Origin: Terriglobia bacterium
Lineage (GTDB): Bacteria > Acidobacteriota > Terriglobia > Terriglobales > Acidobacteriaceae
Assembly: GCA_963723765.1 (NCBI GenBank)
Contig: CAVRSD010000001.1
Coordinates: forward strand, 3,258-67,257
Length of the DNA: 64,000 nucleotides
Direction of reading: 5' to 3'
Shown here one piece after another: positions 42,851 through 54,558 of this stretch. The notes beneath the pieces are model-generated. The model did no database searches, was not told the DNA's origin, and saw only the letters and a program-made list of their open reading frames with translations. The stretch's first letter is position 1; each line of letters starts with the position of its first letter. Position numbers and translations under genes: made by a program.

Positions 42851-42856
42851 TTCTTA

Positions 42857-45800
42857 TCAATCCGCCGCCGCCGCGCCAACTACCGGCTTCTTCTCGCCTG
42901 CCTTGATCAATTCCACATCCAGGCAGAGCGACTGAAGCTCGCGAATCAGCACGTTGAACGATTCCGGAACGCCGGGCTCCATGGCGGCTTCGCCCTTGAC
43001 GATGGCCTCGTAAATCTTGGTACGGCCGTAAACGTCGTCGGACTTTGCCGTCAGCAGCTCCTGCAGAATGAATGCCGCGCCGTATGCTTCCAGTGCCCAG
43101 ACTTCCATTTCTCCGAAGCGCTGGCCACCGAACTGCGCCTTCCCGCCCAGAGGTTGCTGGGTGATCAGCGAGTACGGCCCGATGGAACGAGCGTGGATCT
43201 TGTCGTCCACCAAGTGCGACAGTTTCAGCATGTAGATGTATCCGACCGTGACTGGCTGTTCGAACTTGTCGCCAGTCATGCCGTCATACAGCCACGTTTT
43301 CCCGGACTCCGGCAGTCCCGCGCTCTTGAGCAGCGCCTTGATCTCGCTCTCGCGCGAACCGTCGAACACAGGCGAACCCGTGAACACGCCCCGCTTGAGA
43401 GTGGGAGCAACCGCCATCAGTTCTTCGTCGCTGTAATTCGCGACAGTGTCGGCCAGCACGGTGTCCTTGAACAGATGCTTGAGTTCCTTGCGGATCGCGG
43501 CTTCTGTGGTGTTCTCGGCCAGCATCGCGGTGATCTTGGTGCCGAGTTCATGTCCGGCCCATCCGAGGTGGGTTTCAAGAATCTGTCCCACGTTCATACG
43601 GGAAGGAACGCCCAGAGGATTGAGCACGATCTCCATCGGCGTGCCGTCTTCGAGGTAAGGCATGTCCTCTTCCGGCAGAATGCGCGCGATGACGCCCTTG
43701 TTTCCGTGACGGCCGGCCATTTTGTCACCGACACTCAGCTTGCGCTTCATGGCGATGTAGACCTTGACCAGCTTGATCACGCCCGGCGGCAACTCGTCGC
43801 CCTTGGTCAGTTTGTCTTTCTTCTCGTTGACGATCTTCTTCAGAACGTCGATCTGACGCGAAGTCATCTCTTCGATCTCGTCGATCTGCTCATTCACCCG
43901 TGGGTCCTTGTCCGCATACTTAATGCGTTTCAGGTTGCGGGTGGAAATGCGCTCAATCGTTTCGCGATCGAGGATGGTGTCCTTGGTCAGTAAGCGCTTG
44001 TTGGTGCGCTCGTCGTGCAGATCAGCCAGCACTTCCTTGCGTCCCAAAATGTTGTCGAGACGTTTGAGGCGCTCGTCGGTCAGAATTCGGATTTCGTCCG
44101 AAAGGTTCTTTTCCAACTTGTTGATCTGCGTGGCTTCGATGGCCTTGGCGCGTTCGTCCTTCTCCTGGCCCTTGCGGGAGAAGATTTTGACGTCAACGAT
44201 CACACCCTCGATACCCGGAGGGCAGTAGAGCGAAGCGTCGCGAACGTCTCCGGCTTTTTCACCGAAGATGGCGCGCAGCAACTTCTCTTCCGGCGTGAGT
44301 TGGGTCTCGCCCTTCGGCGTGACCTTTCCGACCAGAATGTCGCCCTGCTTGATCGAAGCGCCGATACGAATGACGCCGGCTTCGTCCAGATTGCGCAACA
44401 TCGATTCGCTGACGTTCGGAATGTCACGTGTGACTTCTTCCGGACCCAGCTTGGTGTCGCGCGACTCGATCTCGTACTCCTCGATATGGACGGAGGTGTA
44501 GTAATCCTCCTTCACGAGCTTTTCCGAAACTAAGATCGCGTCTTCAAAGTTGTAACCGCGCCATGGCATGAAGGCCACGAGCACGTTGCGTCCCAGCGCC
44601 AACTCGCCATGATCGGTGCAAGGTCCATCAGCAATGACCTGTCCCTTGACCACGCGTTGTCCGCGCACCACAACCGGTTTCTGGTTGATGCAGGTGTTCT
44701 GGTTCGAACGCTTGAACTTGGTGAGCTGGTAAATGTCGCTGCCAACTTCACGCGAGAGCTGCCCAGGGTGATGCTCGCCCTCGACGCGTACGATAATGCG
44801 CTCGGAATCGACCGAATCGATAATGCCGTTACGCTTGGCCAGAATGACCGCGCCAGAATCGCGTGCGGTCACGCCTTCCATTCCGGTACCCACGATCGGC
44901 GCTTCCGCGCGGAGCAAGGGAACCGACTGGCGTTGCATGTTCGCACCCATCAGCGCGCGGTTGGCGTCGTCATGCTCGAGGAACGGTACGAGCGAGGCGG
45001 CGACGGAAACCAGTTGCTTCGGGCTGACGTCGATGTAATCGACGTCGTCGCGAGTGACCAGCACAAAGTTGCCGGCCTTACGGGCATTGATCAGGTCGCC
45101 GACAATACGCCCCTTGTCGTCGAGTTCCACGTTCGCCTGCGCGATGATGTGGCGATCCTCTTCCCACGCCGATTGATAGAACGAGAACGGCTCAATCTGC
45201 GCTTCACGTTTCTTCTTTTCTTTCAGCTCGGCGTTGATCTTCTCCATCTCGTGTTTCTCGAGATGAGTGCCGACTTTCAAATCGCTGTCGCCGCCATTGA
45301 CCACGCTGACGAAGTCGAGCACCTTGCCGCCCTTGACCCGGCGATAAGGCGACTCGATGAATCCGTATTCGTTGATCCGCGCATAGCAGCTCAACGAAGA
45401 GATCAATCCGATGTTCGGGCCTTCCGGCGTTTCAATCGGGCAAATGCGTCCGTAGTGCGTCGGGTGGACGTCGCGAACTTCGAATCCCGCGCGTTCCCGT
45501 GACAGACCACCCGGCCCCAGGGCGGAGAGACGCCGTTTGTGCGTGATCTCCGACAACGGGTTCGTCTGATCCATGAACTGTGAGAGCTGCGACGATCCGA
45601 AGAATTCGCGGATCGCTGCCATCACCGGCTTGGCATTAACCAGGTCATGCGGCATTGCTGTCGACATTTCCTGATACACGGACATTTTTTCTTTAATCGC
45701 CCGTTCCATGCGGACCAGTCCGATGCGGAACTGGTTTTCCAGCAATTCGCCGACTGCACGAACCCGGCGGTTGCCGAGATGATCGATGTCATCCACGGCG

Positions 45801-47326
45801 CCGATGTTCTTGCGCAGCTTGAGCAGGTAACGGATGGTCCCGTAGAAATCATCCGGTTCCAAAGTGCGGTGGTCGAGGCTGCTGGCTTCCGGGTTCTCGA
45901 ACAGCTTGATGTTGAACTTCAAGCGGCCTACGCGCGAGAAATCGTACTTGCGCGGATCGAAGAACATGCCGTGGAACAGCGCCGTCGCGGTGTCCAGCGT
46001 CGGCGGATCGCCGGGGCGCAGCTTGCGGTAAATTTCGATCAACGCTTCCTGCGGCGTCTTCACCGAATCGCGCTTTAGGGTCTGGCAGATCACCGTTCCC
46101 ACATCGTCGCGTTCCGGAAAGAACAAGTTGATTTCGACTACGCCGGATTCGAGGATCTTGGAAACCTTGTCCGCAGTCAGCTCAGAGTTCGCTTCGAGCA
46201 GGACTTCGCCGGTCGTGGTATCGACAACATCGCCGGCCACCCATGCGCCTTCGAGGTCCGAAACGTCGACTTCGATTTCCGAAATCTTCGCCTTCTGAAT
46301 TTCCTTCAGGGTTACGGCGTTGATCTTGCGGCCGGAGTGCGCGATTTCCTCGCCCGACTTCGACTTCACGCTATGCGCCAGCTTCATGCCCAGCAGGTTG
46401 GTAGCTTTATCGCTGGTGGGATCGAGCGTCCAGAACAATTTCTTGTCGCGAACGACGAGACGATCCACCGTATAGAAGGTGCGCAGAATGTCTTCACCAG
46501 AACGCAGACCCAACGCGCGCAGGAAGATGGTTCCCAGGAACTTGCGCTTGCGATCGATGCGGACATACAAAACGTTCTTCTGGTCGTATTCGAATTCAAC
46601 CCACGATCCGCGGTAAGGAATGATCTTGCCGAGGAAGTAAGTGCGGTTGTTGGCGGTTTCGAAGAACACGCCAGGCGAACGGTGCAACTGGCTGACGATC
46701 ACGCGTTCGGTGCCGTTCACAATGAACGTACCGTTCTCGGTCATCAACGGCACATCGCCGAAGAACACTTCCTGTTCTTTAATGTCACGGATGGAGCGGG
46801 TGCCGGTCTCAGCGTCCTTCTCGAAAATGGTGAGACGCATGGTGACTTTAAGCGGCGCGGAGTACGTCATACCGCGCTCTTCGCACTCGTTCACGTCATA
46901 CTTCAGTTGCAGGCCAACCGGGTCGCCGCACTTGTTACAGAAGTCCGGCGTGTTGGCGTTGTAGGTGCCGCACTTGTTGCACAGCACTTCGCCGGGATGA
47001 AACGGGTCAGTGATGACCGTGGAGCCGCAATTCTTACAAGTGGTGCGCAGGTGATGCAGCCCTTTGAGGTGACCACACTTGCACTCCCAGTTACCAATGG
47101 CGAAATCCACAAACTCCAGTTGTGATACGTTGCGGAAATCGGTGATCGGGAAGACCGATTGAAAAACGGACTGCAACCCGGCGTCATCTCGCTCGCTGGG
47201 CAGGCGGTCCATTTGCAGGAAACGCTCATAGGAGCGCTTCTGCACCTCAATCAGATTCGGGATCTGGATGGTGGCTGGAATTTTGGAAAAATCGAAGCGG
47301 GTACGGAATCCGTTGTTCTTAGACAT
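42857..47326 (-). CDS. rpoB: DNA-directed RNA polymerase subunit beta (1489 aa) with a Cys-rich N-terminal insertion
   Basis: Full-length intact ORF with conserved N-terminus [17 protein letters not shown] and C-terminal regions. Confidence 0.95.
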   Translation of the reverse strand: MSKNNGFRTRFDFSKIPATIQIPNLIEVQKRSYERFLQMDRLPSERDDAGLQSVFQSVFPITDFRNVSQLEFVDFAIGNWECKCGHLKGLHHLRTTCKNCGSTVITDPFHPGEVLCNKCGTYNANTPDFCNKCGDPVGLQLKYDVNECEERGMTYSAPLKVTMRLTIFEKDAETGTRSIRDIKEQEVFFGDVPLMTENGTFIVNGTERVIVSQLHRSPGVFFETANNRTYFLGKIIPYRGSWVEFEYDQKNVLYVRIDRKRKFLGTIFLRALGLRSGEDILRTFYTVDRLVVRDKKLFWTLDPTSDKATNLLGMKLAHSVKSKSGEEIAHSGRKINAVTLKEIQKAKISEIEVDVSDLEGAWVAGDVVDTTTGEVLLEANSELTADKVSKILESGVVEINLFFPERDDVGTVICQTLKRDSVKTPQEALIEIYRKLRPGDPPTLDTATALFHGMFFDPRKYDFSRVGRLKFNIKLFENPEASSLDHRTLEPDDFYGTIRYLLKLRKNIGAVDDIDHLGNRRVRAVGELLENQFRIGLVRMERAIKEKMSVYQEMSTAMPHDLVNAKPVMAAIREFFGSSQLSQFMDQTNPLSEITHKRRLSALGPGGLSRERAGFEVRDVHPTHYGRICPIETPEGPNIGLISSLSCYARINEYGFIESPYRRVKGGKVLDFVSVVNGGDSDLKVGTHLEKHEMEKINAELKEKKKREAQIEPFSFYQSAWEEDRHIIAQANVELDDKGRIVGDLINARKAGNFVLVTRDDVDYIDVSPKQLVSVAASLVPFLEHDDANRALMGANMQRQSVPLLRAEAPIVGTGMEGVTARDSGAVILAKRNGIIDSVDSERIIVRVEGEHHPGQLSREVGSDIYQLTKFKRSNQNTCINQKPVVVRGQRVVKGQVIADGPCTDHGELALGRNVLVAFMPWRGYNFEDAILVSEKLVKEDYYTSVHIEEYEIESRDTKLGPEEVTRDIPNVSESMLRNLDEAGVIRIGASIKQGDILVGKVTPKGETQLTPEEKLLRAIFGEKAGDVRDASLYCPPGIEGVIVDVKIFSRKGQEKDERAKAIEATQINKLEKNLSDEIRILTDERLKRLDNILGRKEVLADLHDERTNKRLLTKDTILDRETIERISTRNLKRIKYADKDPRVNEQIDEIEEMTSRQIDVLKKIVNEKKDKLTKGDELPPGVIKLVKVYIAMKRKLSVGDKMAGRHGNKGVIARILPEEDMPYLEDGTPMEIVLNPLGVPSRMNVGQILETHLGWAGHELGTKITAMLAENTTEAAIRKELKHLFKDTVLADTVANYSDEELMAVAPTLKRGVFTGSPVFDGSRESEIKALLKSAGLPESGKTWLYDGMTGDKFEQPVTVGYIYMLKLSHLVDDKIHARSIGPYSLITQQPLGGKAQFGGQRFGEMEVWALEAYGAAFILQELLTAKSDDVYGRTKIYEAIVKGEAAMEPGVPESFNVLIRELQSLCLDVELIKAGEKKPVVGAAAAD

Positions 47327-47760
47327 TCAGAGACTCCAAACTTTCCTGCGCAGCGACTGCTGCGCCAAACGCGGAATGTTGAGGCGCGCTTGCGCGCGGC
47401 CGGGAACTACGAAGCTTGTAAACTATTAAAAATACGTAACCGCTCGCGGGGACATGCATCCCCTCGAGCGCCAATCGCGGCACTGAAGCTTGATCAAAAT
47501 TTTTCTTTTACGCGCCAGTATCTCGGCCTGTTCCCGTTCCGCTGGGCGGAACAGTCTGCCAACCCGTGCCAGCGACCTCGCTCCGCTTCCCTGGGTCCGT
47601 TGGAGTGGATAGTCGCAGTCACCTTGAAATGAAGCAGGAAGCGGCGTTATTAGTATAGATGATAACACCGCTCCAAACGCTTCACCAGTAGATCGTTCGA
47701 TCCGGCCAAACTTGCAGCCGTACCACCGAAGTCTTTTAGTTTGGACAACTTACGCTGGCT

Positions 47761-47803
47761 AAAATAAAGATTTCGGCGCGGGGCGCCCAGCCCCGCAAAC
47801 GCC
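47761..47803 (-). terminator. GC hairpin plus T-rich tract after rplL (attenuator/terminator candidate)
   Basis: The minus strand reads GCGGGGC-TGGGC-GCCCCGC followed by GCCGAAATCTTTATTTT. Confidence 0.4.
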
Positions 47804-47804
47804 G

Positions 47805-48185
47805 TTACTTTACTTCGACAACGGCGCCGGCTTCGGTGAACTTCTTCCGGATGGTCTCGGCTTCGTCCTTGGAAACGCCTTCTTTGATCGCCTTGGGCGC
47901 GCCATCGACCAGGTCCTTGGCTTCTTTCAAGCCCAGGCTGGTGACTTCGCGGACCGCTTTGATCACGTTGATCTTGTTCGCGCCGACTTCTTTCAGCACG
48001 ACGCTGAATTCGGTCTTCTCTTCCGCTGGGGCCGCGCCTGCTGCCGCTCCACCGCCGGCAACCATCACCGGGGCCGCTGCTGCCGCTGATACGCCGAGTT
48101 TCTCTTCAAGACGCTTTACCAGCGCTGCCGCATCGAGCAACGACAGCCCGACGATTGAATCTTCCAACTGCTGTAGGTCCGCCAT
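47805..48185 (-). CDS. rplL: 50S ribosomal protein L7/L12
   Basis: 126 aa with an Ala-rich hinge and [18 protein letters not shown]. Confidence 0.95.
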   Translation of the reverse strand: MADLQQLEDSIVGLSLLDAAALVKRLEEKLGVSAAAAAPVMVAGGGAAAGAAPAEEKTEFSVVLKEVGANKINVIKAVREVTSLGLKEAKDLVDGAPKAIKEGVSKDEAETIRKKFTEAGAVVEVK

Positions 48186-48206
48186 GTCATTTCTCCAGTA
48201 TGTTTA

Positions 48207-48230
48207 GTAGAGACGTAGCTTGCTACGTCT
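48207..48230 (+). repeat. REP family E copy (GTAGAGACGTAGCTTGCTACGTCT)
   Basis: GTAG head plus AGACGTAGC/GCTACGTCT hairpin. An identical copy lies at 53374-53397. Confidence 0.8.
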
Positions 48231-48399
48231 TCTTGCCACGTCATTTACTGATTTCGCCATTCGCAATCAAAGTTTCCAGTGCGACCAGGCCATCCATCCC
48301 CAACGCCAGACAACGCCGTGAACTGAGACCGCGCAACCCTTGACTGCAAAAAGCTAAATCTTTTTCGGACGGCTCGCGCCTTCCCGAAACCTTGCAGAA

Positions 48400-48954
48400 C
48401 TACGCTTGGGCTTCCGCCGGTGCGTCGCTCTTGAACTTGCCCTTCTCCACGCCCTGATTGATCACCACTGCCAGATCTTTTCCGACAGCATTCATCACAG
48501 TCACGAGTCGCTGTGCCGGCGCATTGATCAGGAACAGCAGCTTGGAGTACAACTCTTCCTTCGACGGCATGGTCGCCAGCGCCGAGATCTCTTTCAGCGA
48601 GACCACGCGGCCTTCGACCACGCCGGCCTTGAAAGTGAATTCCGGATTGTCCTTGGCGTACTTCGAAAGCGCCTTGGCCAACGCGACCGGATCGCCTTCG
48701 GTGTAAGCAATGGAAGTCACGCCCGACAGATTGGTCAGCGCCGCTTCTACCTTGGTGCCCTTCGCCGCAAGCTCCGCCAAAGTGTTCTTGACGACGAGAT
48801 ATTTTGCGCCTGAAGTCCGCAGTGTCTTGCGAAGTTCGAAATCCTGCGCCACCGTCAGCTTGCTGTAGGTGGTCACAATCAGGCTGGAAATGTTCTTCAG
48901 CTCTTTGCCCAGAATCTCAACTTGCTCGGTTTTTCTAGCTCGACTTACCGCCAT
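48400..48954 (-). CDS. rplJ: 50S ribosomal protein L10
   Basis: 184 aa. LRKTLRTSGAKYLVVKNTL. Confidence 0.93.
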   Translation of the reverse strand: MAVSRARKTEQVEILGKELKNISSLIVTTYSKLTVAQDFELRKTLRTSGAKYLVVKNTLAELAAKGTKVEAALTNLSGVTSIAYTEGDPVALAKALSKYAKDNPEFTFKAGVVEGRVVSLKEISALATMPSKEELYSKLLFLINAPAQRLVTVMNAVGKDLAVVINQGVEKGKFKSDAPAEAQA

Positions 48955-48980
48955 AAATTCAGCCCCTTCGATAGGTTCAC

Positions 48981-49005
48981 GTAGGGACAGCCGCCTCGGC
49001 TGTCC
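48981..49005 (+). repeat. REP family A copy in the rplA-rplJ spacer
   Basis: GTAGGGACAGCCGCCTCGGCTGTCC. Confidence 0.85.
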
Positions 49006-49012
49006 GACGCCT

Positions 49013-49729
49013 TTAGGCGTCTTTACCCTTTGCCGCCAATTCCTGGATCGCCGTATCCAGCGAAATACCAGGCCCCATAGTGGAACTGAGATAGCAGGCC
49101 TTGATGTATTTGCCCTTCGCTACCGCAGGCTTGGCCTTCACCACGCTGATAATCACGGTGGTGGCATTGTCAATCAACTTGTCCGCCGAAAATGAAATCT
49201 TGCCGACCGGCACATGAACCAGCGCCGTCTTGTCGGTGCGGAATTCCACTTTGCCGGCCTTGATTTCCTGAATCGCTTTGGCCACGTCAAAAGTGACCGT
49301 GCCCGTCTTCGGATTCGGCATCAGCCCCTTCGGGCCCAGGACCTTACCGAGACGTCCCACCGACTTCATCACGTCGGGAGTGGCAATCAGCGCGTCAAAA
49401 TCAGTCCAATTCTCTTTGCTGATCTTTTCGACCATTTCTTCGCCGCCGACGAAATCCGCGCCCGCCGCTTCGGCTTCCCTTATTTTGTCGCCGCTGGCGA
49501 TGACCAGAACTTTTTTCGATTTGCCCAGACCATGCGGCAGCACGACCGTTCCGCGCACCATTTGGTCGGCATGTTTCGGATCGACGCCCAATCGCAGCGT
49601 GACTTCCACGGTCTCATCGAATTTGCTGTACTTGATTTTCTGCAGTAGCGGAACCGCATCCTGCAACGTGTACGGACGGGCTTCAACAGCCTTCCGCGCC
49701 TTGACTATGTTCTTGCCTTCTTTTTTCAT
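49013..49729 (-). CDS. rplA: 50S ribosomal protein L1
   Basis: 238 aa. [15 protein letters not shown]...[12 protein letters not shown]. Confidence 0.95.
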   Translation of the reverse strand: MKKEGKNIVKARKAVEARPYTLQDAVPLLQKIKYSKFDETVEVTLRLGVDPKHADQMVRGTVVLPHGLGKSKKVLVIASGDKIREAEAAGADFVGGEEMVEKISKENWTDFDALIATPDVMKSVGRLGKVLGPKGLMPNPKTGTVTFDVAKAIQEIKAGKVEFRTDKTALVHVPVGKISFSADKLIDNATTVIISVVKAKPAVAKGKYIKACYLSSTMGPGISLDTAIQELAAKGKDA

Positions 49730-49804
49730 GCTCTTCCTCTGTCTCCCACCGCTCGTCGCTGTTCTTGACGAACCGTAGTAATTTTCGACTTCGCTCTCAA
49801 TGTG

Positions 49805-49826
49805 GAGCGGACACTATTGTCCGCTA
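49805..49826 (-). repeat. REP family A-like variant (GTAGCGGACAATAGTGTCCGCT on the minus strand) in the rplK-rplA spacer
   Basis: GTAG head plus CGGACA/TGTCCG hairpin. Confidence 0.55.
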
Positions 49827-49837
49827 CCTGCTTCAAT

Positions 49838-50269
49838 CTACCCAACTACTTCAATACCCATCGATCGCGCTGTACCGCGAATGCTCTTGATCGCCGAGTC
49901 CACCGACGCGGCATTCAAATCCGGCATTTTCTGTTTTGCGATGTCTTCCACCTGCTTCAACGTCACCTTGCCGACTTTGTCTTTATTCGGCGCGCCGGAT
50001 CCCTTGGCGATTCCCGCAGCGCGCTTCAAAAGAATCGAAGCGGGAGGAGTCTTAGTGATGAAGGTGAACGTGCGGTCGCTGTAAACCGTAATGACGACCG
50101 GAATGATCAGGCCTTCCAGTTCCTTGGCGCCAGTTTTGGCGTTGAACTGTTTGCAGAACTCCATGATGTTGATCTGCGCCTGACCGAGCGCCGGACCCAC
50201 TGGAGGCGCCGGCGTAGCCTTACCCGCCGCAATTTGAAGCTTTACAAAACCTGTAGCTTTCTTAGCCAT
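49838..50269 (-). CDS. rplK: 50S ribosomal protein L11
   Basis: 143 aa. [21 protein letters not shown]. Confidence 0.95.
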   Translation of the reverse strand: MAKKATGFVKLQIAAGKATPAPPVGPALGQAQINIMEFCKQFNAKTGAKELEGLIIPVVITVYSDRTFTFITKTPPASILLKRAAGIAKGSGAPNKDKVGKVTLKQVEDIAKQKMPDLNAASVDSAIKSIRGTARSMGIEVVG

Positions 50270-50296
50270 GAATGAATCCCTGTCCTGAAACTAAAC

Positions 50297-50917
50297 TTAT
50301 GCCGACTTCTCCACCTGGTTAAACTCCAACTCCACCGGTGTAGAGCGGCCGAAAATTGTGACCATCACCTTGAGGGTTTGGCGGTCTTCATTGACTTCGT
50401 CAACGATGCCGGTAAACGTAGCAAACGGCCCTTCGGTGATTTTTACTGTCTCGTTCTTTTCGAACTTGACCTTGAGCTTGGGCTTGTCCCTCGCTTCGCC
50501 TACACGGAAAACGATGTGCTGGACTTCCTCTTCCGAAAGCGGCGTAGGCTGCTGGCCCGTACCCACAAATCCCGTGACCCGCGGCGTCGACTTCACCACA
50601 TGCCAGACATGGTCGTCCATGTCCATTTCCACCAGCACGTAGCCGGGATAGAACATGCGCTCGACGGTATATTTCTTGCCGTTGCGCACTTCGGTGACCG
50701 CTTCGGTGGGAATCAGCACTTTGCCGATTCGTTCCTGCAGGCCAAAGGCCTGGACGCGCGACTCCAGCGACTCTTTTACCTTGCGCTCGAATCCCGAATA
50801 CGAGTGAATGATGTACCACCGCATGTTCGGATTCTTTGGCGCTTCGGCGACGGCGCCGTCAGCTACTGGCGTCTCTGCGCTTACTTCAACAGTCCCGTTT
50901 TTTTCTTCGTCCGGCAT
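50297..50917 (-). CDS. nusG: Transcription termination/antitermination factor NusG
   Basis: [17 protein letters not shown] domain and a KOW domain. Confidence 0.93.
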   Translation of the reverse strand: MPDEEKNGTVEVSAETPVADGAVAEAPKNPNMRWYIIHSYSGFERKVKESLESRVQAFGLQERIGKVLIPTEAVTEVRNGKKYTVERMFYPGYVLVEMDMDDHVWHVVKSTPRVTGFVGTGQQPTPLSEEEVQHIVFRVGEARDKPKLKVKFEKNETVKITEGPFATFTGIVDEVNEDRQTLKVMVTIFGRSTPVELEFNQVEKSA

Positions 50918-50983
50918 AAAGGTGCTCGAAAAACTTCAGCTTCTTTCCAATCTCTCTAAACACGATCTTCTTAACAACGATCT

Positions 50984-51229
50984 CTAGTGATGCCCGAAGT
51001 GCTTAAACAAAGCATCGATACCGGTTTGAATCGCTTTGTCGACAACAAAGAAGTACACCCCGAACAAGAACACGGTGATAATGACAACTGCCGTCGTCGC
51101 CTGCACTTCTTTGAAAGAAGGGTTCGTCACCTTCTTCATTTCGGTGCGGATGTCGTTGTAGAAAGTCTTGACCCGCTCGGGCCAGGCCTTCACCGTTGTC
51201 ACCATTTCATGTTCAGCCACAGATGCCAT
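50984..51229 (-). CDS. secE: Preprotein translocase subunit SecE
   Basis: 81 aa from MASVAEHE..., with a single C-terminal TM. The longer ORF-track start runs into tRNA-Trp. Confidence 0.85.
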   Translation of the reverse strand: MASVAEHEMVTTVKAWPERVKTFYNDIRTEMKKVTNPSFKEVQATTAVVIITVFLFGVYFFVVDKAIQTGIDALFKHFGHH

Positions 51230-51277
51230 CCGCTTTCTACTTTCCGTTCGTACTTCCGAACCTGCTCTTCCAAATTC

Positions 51278-51353
51278 TGGCAGGGGCGGAGGGATTCGAA
51301 CCCCCAAGTTCGGTTTTGGAGACCGACAGTTTAACCGTTGAGCTTACGCCCCT
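51278..51353 (-). tRNA. tRNA-Trp (anticodon CCA)
   Basis: Cloverleaf by hand: acceptor AGGGGCG/CGCCCCT, anticodon loop CTCCAAA, T arm GGGGG-TTCGAAT-CCCTC, encoded CCA. Confidence 0.9.
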
Positions 51354-51355
51354 GT

Positions 51356-51434
51356 ATTCATTGCAGATTTACGATTTCAGATTGTAGATTTTGCGTTCAA
51401 ATCTGCGATCTAAAATCTTCAATCTGCAATTATT
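51356..51434. repeat. MITE-like element (TTGCAGATT ... AATCTGCAA arms; GATTTCAGATTG family)
   Basis: Inverted arms between tRNA-Trp and rpmG. Related to 1865-1990. Confidence 0.6.
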
Positions 51435-51582
51435 TCACTTCCTTGTGCGGCGTATGCTTCCGGCAACGGTTGCAGAATTTCTTCAATTCCAACCGCTCAG
51501 TCATGGTTTTACGGTTCTTGGTCTTCGAATAATTGCGCTCTTTGCAATCACCGCACTGCATCGAAATAATCTCTCGGGGCAT
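51430..51582 (-). CDS. rpmG: 50S ribosomal protein L33
   Basis: Not in the ORF track (50 aa). MPREIISMQCGDCKERNYSKTKNRKTMTERLELKKFCNRCRKHTPHKEVK. AGGAG lies 6 nt upstream. Confidence 0.9.
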   Translation of the reverse strand: MPREIISMQCGDCKERNYSKTKNRKTMTERLELKKFCNRCRKHTPHKEVK

Positions 51583-51660
51583 TTCAAACTCCTAAAGCAG
51601 CTACTAGCCTCTAGCTGCTAGCTAAAACCCAAAGCCAACTCGAATCCTGAGCCTTTGTCT

Positions 51661-51685
51661 TGGCCAACGACCAACGGCCAACGAC
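51661..51685. repeat. GGCCAACGACCAACG family copy in the tuf-rpmG spacer
   Basis: TGGCCAACGACCAACGGCCAACGAC, related to the rpoB-rpoC spacer repeats. Confidence 0.7.
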
Positions 51686-51688
51686 TGC

Positions 51689-52876
<1,188 letters not shown>

Positions 52877-52912
52877 GACTTGCTCGTGCCTTCCGTTTAG
52901 TAGATACCGCTG

Positions 52913-53254
52913 TTAGTAGTACTGATAAAGCTGCTTAAATTTCGTCCGCGTTTCGGGCGCCAGATCTTCAATCCGCGACAGATAAAATTCCCGCATCTGC
53001 GCCTGATCGGACAGCGTCAACGCCTGATACAAACTCTGCGACGTCGTCCCGGACTTGGCCAAAACCTCGTCCGACTGATCGAGCAACCGCTTCGCAACCA
53101 CTCCATCCCAGTCGCGAATCCGCAGGCCCTTGCCTGACATACGCTTCAGGAAATTCTCGACCTTGTTCGGTTCGAAGATGCGAGTAATCGAGCTTTTCAG
53201 CCCTTCAAACTCCTTCTCGCTCGCAACCTTAATCTCTGCCTTTACAAAATCCAC
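52913..53254 (-). CDS. Hypothetical 113-aa protein between tRNA-Gly and tuf
   Basis: Clean ORF with no overlap and no recognisable family. Confidence 0.5.
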   Translation of the reverse strand: MDFVKAEIKVASEKEFEGLKSSITRIFEPNKVENFLKRMSGKGLRIRDWDGVVAKRLLDQSDEVLAKSGTTSQSLYQALTLSDQAQMREFYLSRIEDLAPETRTKFKQLYQYY

Positions 53255-53277
53255 CAGACACCTGTTTCAAAAATTTC

Positions 53278-53352
53278 TGGAGCGGGAGACGGGAATCGAA
53301 CCCGCGACCAACAGCTTGGAAGGCTGTGACTCTACCACTGAGTTACTCCCGC
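53278..53352 (-). tRNA. tRNA-Gly (anticodon TCC)
   Basis: Acceptor GCGGGAG/CTCCCGC, anticodon loop CTTCCAA, T arm GCGGG-TTCGATT-CCCGT, encoded CCA. Confidence 0.9.
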
Positions 53353-53373
53353 CCTGCCCTCTTCCGAACTCCC

Positions 53374-53397
53374 GTAGAGACGTAGCTTGCTACGTCT
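53374..53397 (+). repeat. REP family E copy
   Basis: GTAGAGACGTAGCTTGCTACGTCT, identical to 48207-48230. Confidence 0.8.
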
Positions 53398-53456
53398 TGT
53401 TTGCGGCGCAACTGCTCCATCCGCTTTCGTGCCTAACCCTACTTACTCTCGCTGCC

Positions 53457-53480
53457 AGAGACGTGGCGAGCCACGTCTAC
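53457..53480 (-). repeat. REP family E variant (GTAGACGTGGCTCGCCACGTCTCT on the minus strand)
   Basis: AGAGACGTGGCGAGCCACGTCTAC on the plus strand. Confidence 0.6.
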
Positions 53481-53509
53481 CGAACCCGCCCTACAGAACC
53501 GCAATCCTA

Positions 53510-53575
<66 letters not shown>

Positions 53576-53585
<10 letters not shown>

Positions 53586-53770
53586 TGACTACTTTGCTCA
53601 ACCTCGCTCTCGGCTTTCAGCCGCGTCGCTTCCCGGCGTCGCAGCCACGTCTTTACCGCGAACATTCCCAGGATCGCCAGCGTCATCAGGCGCAATCGCT
53701 GATCGGTCAACGTCATCCACGCGGCCGCGCCTAGAACCACAAACGCGATCATTGCCATGTAAAGACGCAC
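53576..53770 (-). CDS. Possible 64-aa two-TM membrane protein inside the tRNA cluster
   Basis: MRLYMAMIAFVVLGAAAWMTL...LAILGMFAVKTWL. Its last 10 nt overlap tRNA-Thr, so it is doubtful. Confidence 0.3.
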
Positions 53771-53814
53771 TGGAACTTCACTCCACTCAGGATCGCGTCC
53801 GCCCCGCTAAACTC

Positions 53815-53902
53815 TGGTGCACAGGGAAGGATTCGAACCTTCGTACCTCATAAGAGGGGCAGATTTACAGTCTGCTGGCTTTAACCACTCACCCACCTGT
53901 GC
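53815..53902 (-). tRNA. tRNA-Tyr (anticodon GTA), long variable arm
   Basis: Acceptor GCACAGG/CCTGTGC, anticodon stem-loop GCAGA-CTGTAAA-TCTGC, T arm GAAGG-TTCGAAT-CCTTC, encoded CCA. Confidence 0.88.
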
Positions 53903-54145
53903 AGTAAGCCGAATTCCGGCTTTTTACTTCACCTCCGGCTTTCGCCGGTGTTGCGCGTGGACGCGTAGGATCGTGCAGGCAGCGAGCTTGCAAAAATTAT
54001 TTAAAAAGCAGAAATGCGCGCGAGAATCCGCATCGCGCACACACTACACTTGGAAAAACTTCCTTATGGAGTGCCGTTGGAAAAAATCTGCCACGCCGCC
54101 GCGCCAAGCCTACTGCGTCCGGAACCGATCTCTGCAATCAAATGC

Positions 54146-54221
54146 TGGAGCTGACGGAGGGATTTGAACCCCCGACCCTCTGATTACAAATCAGATGCTC
54201 TACCAGCTGAGCTACGCCAGC
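54146..54221 (-). tRNA. tRNA-Thr (anticodon TGT)
   Basis: Acceptor GCTGGCG/CGTCAGC, anticodon loop TTTGTAA, T arm GGGGG-TTCAAAT-CCCTC, encoded CCA. Confidence 0.9.
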
Positions 54222-54445
54222 AGTTTGAGACAATCAAGCCCTTAAGGGCACAGACTATCCCTCTGATCCCTTCCTGATGTCCGGGACAATTTTAAAAGGT
54301 ACCATAACGGTACCTAACGTGCAACAGACCAGTTGATTTTTCGCTACCCCCCTCCGACCACCCTCCCACTGACCTGGAATCGGCGACCCGGACTCGGCCC
54401 AAATGTTATGATGACGGCTTCCTGACCATCCTGGCTGTCTGGGAA

Positions 54446-54530
54446 GTCAGAAGTAAGAATTCAGAATTCAGAAGTTAAACCACCCCGTAATCAGCCTTTA
54501 CTTCGGGCATTCTGAATTCTTACTTCTGAC
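54446..54530. repeat. Perfect 22-bp inverted repeat (GTCAGAAGTAAGAATTCAGAAT / ATTCTGAATTCTTACTTCTGAC) with a 41-nt loop
   Basis: The arms at 54446-54467 and 54509-54530 are exact reverse complements. The element lies 28 nt upstream of the 54559 start. Confidence 0.85.
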
Positions 54531-54558
54531 TTTCTTCAGCCGTTATGGCCAGTTCTCC

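Noticed and set aside
47327-47804. 80-aa minus-strand ORF (47426-47668) in the long rplL-rpoB spacer
   Set aside because: It has no RBS, an Arg/Ser-rich composition and no conservation cues. The spacer more plausibly carries attenuator or processing structures.
53906-53926. Small hairpin AAGCCG-AATTC-CGGCTT followed by TTTAC, as a terminator
   Set aside because: It has only a 6-bp stem with a weak tail, and it is on the strand opposite to the tRNA transcription unit. The evidence is insufficient.
53817-54167. 116-aa ORF on the plus strand
   Set aside because: It begins inside tRNA-Tyr and ends inside tRNA-Thr on the opposite strand, and it has no coding features.
54222-54330. Promoter for the tRNA-tuf operon, including the palindrome AGGTACC-ATAAC-GGTACCT
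   Set aside because: I could not find a convincing -35/-10 pair with proper spacing on the minus strand, so no promoter is called.
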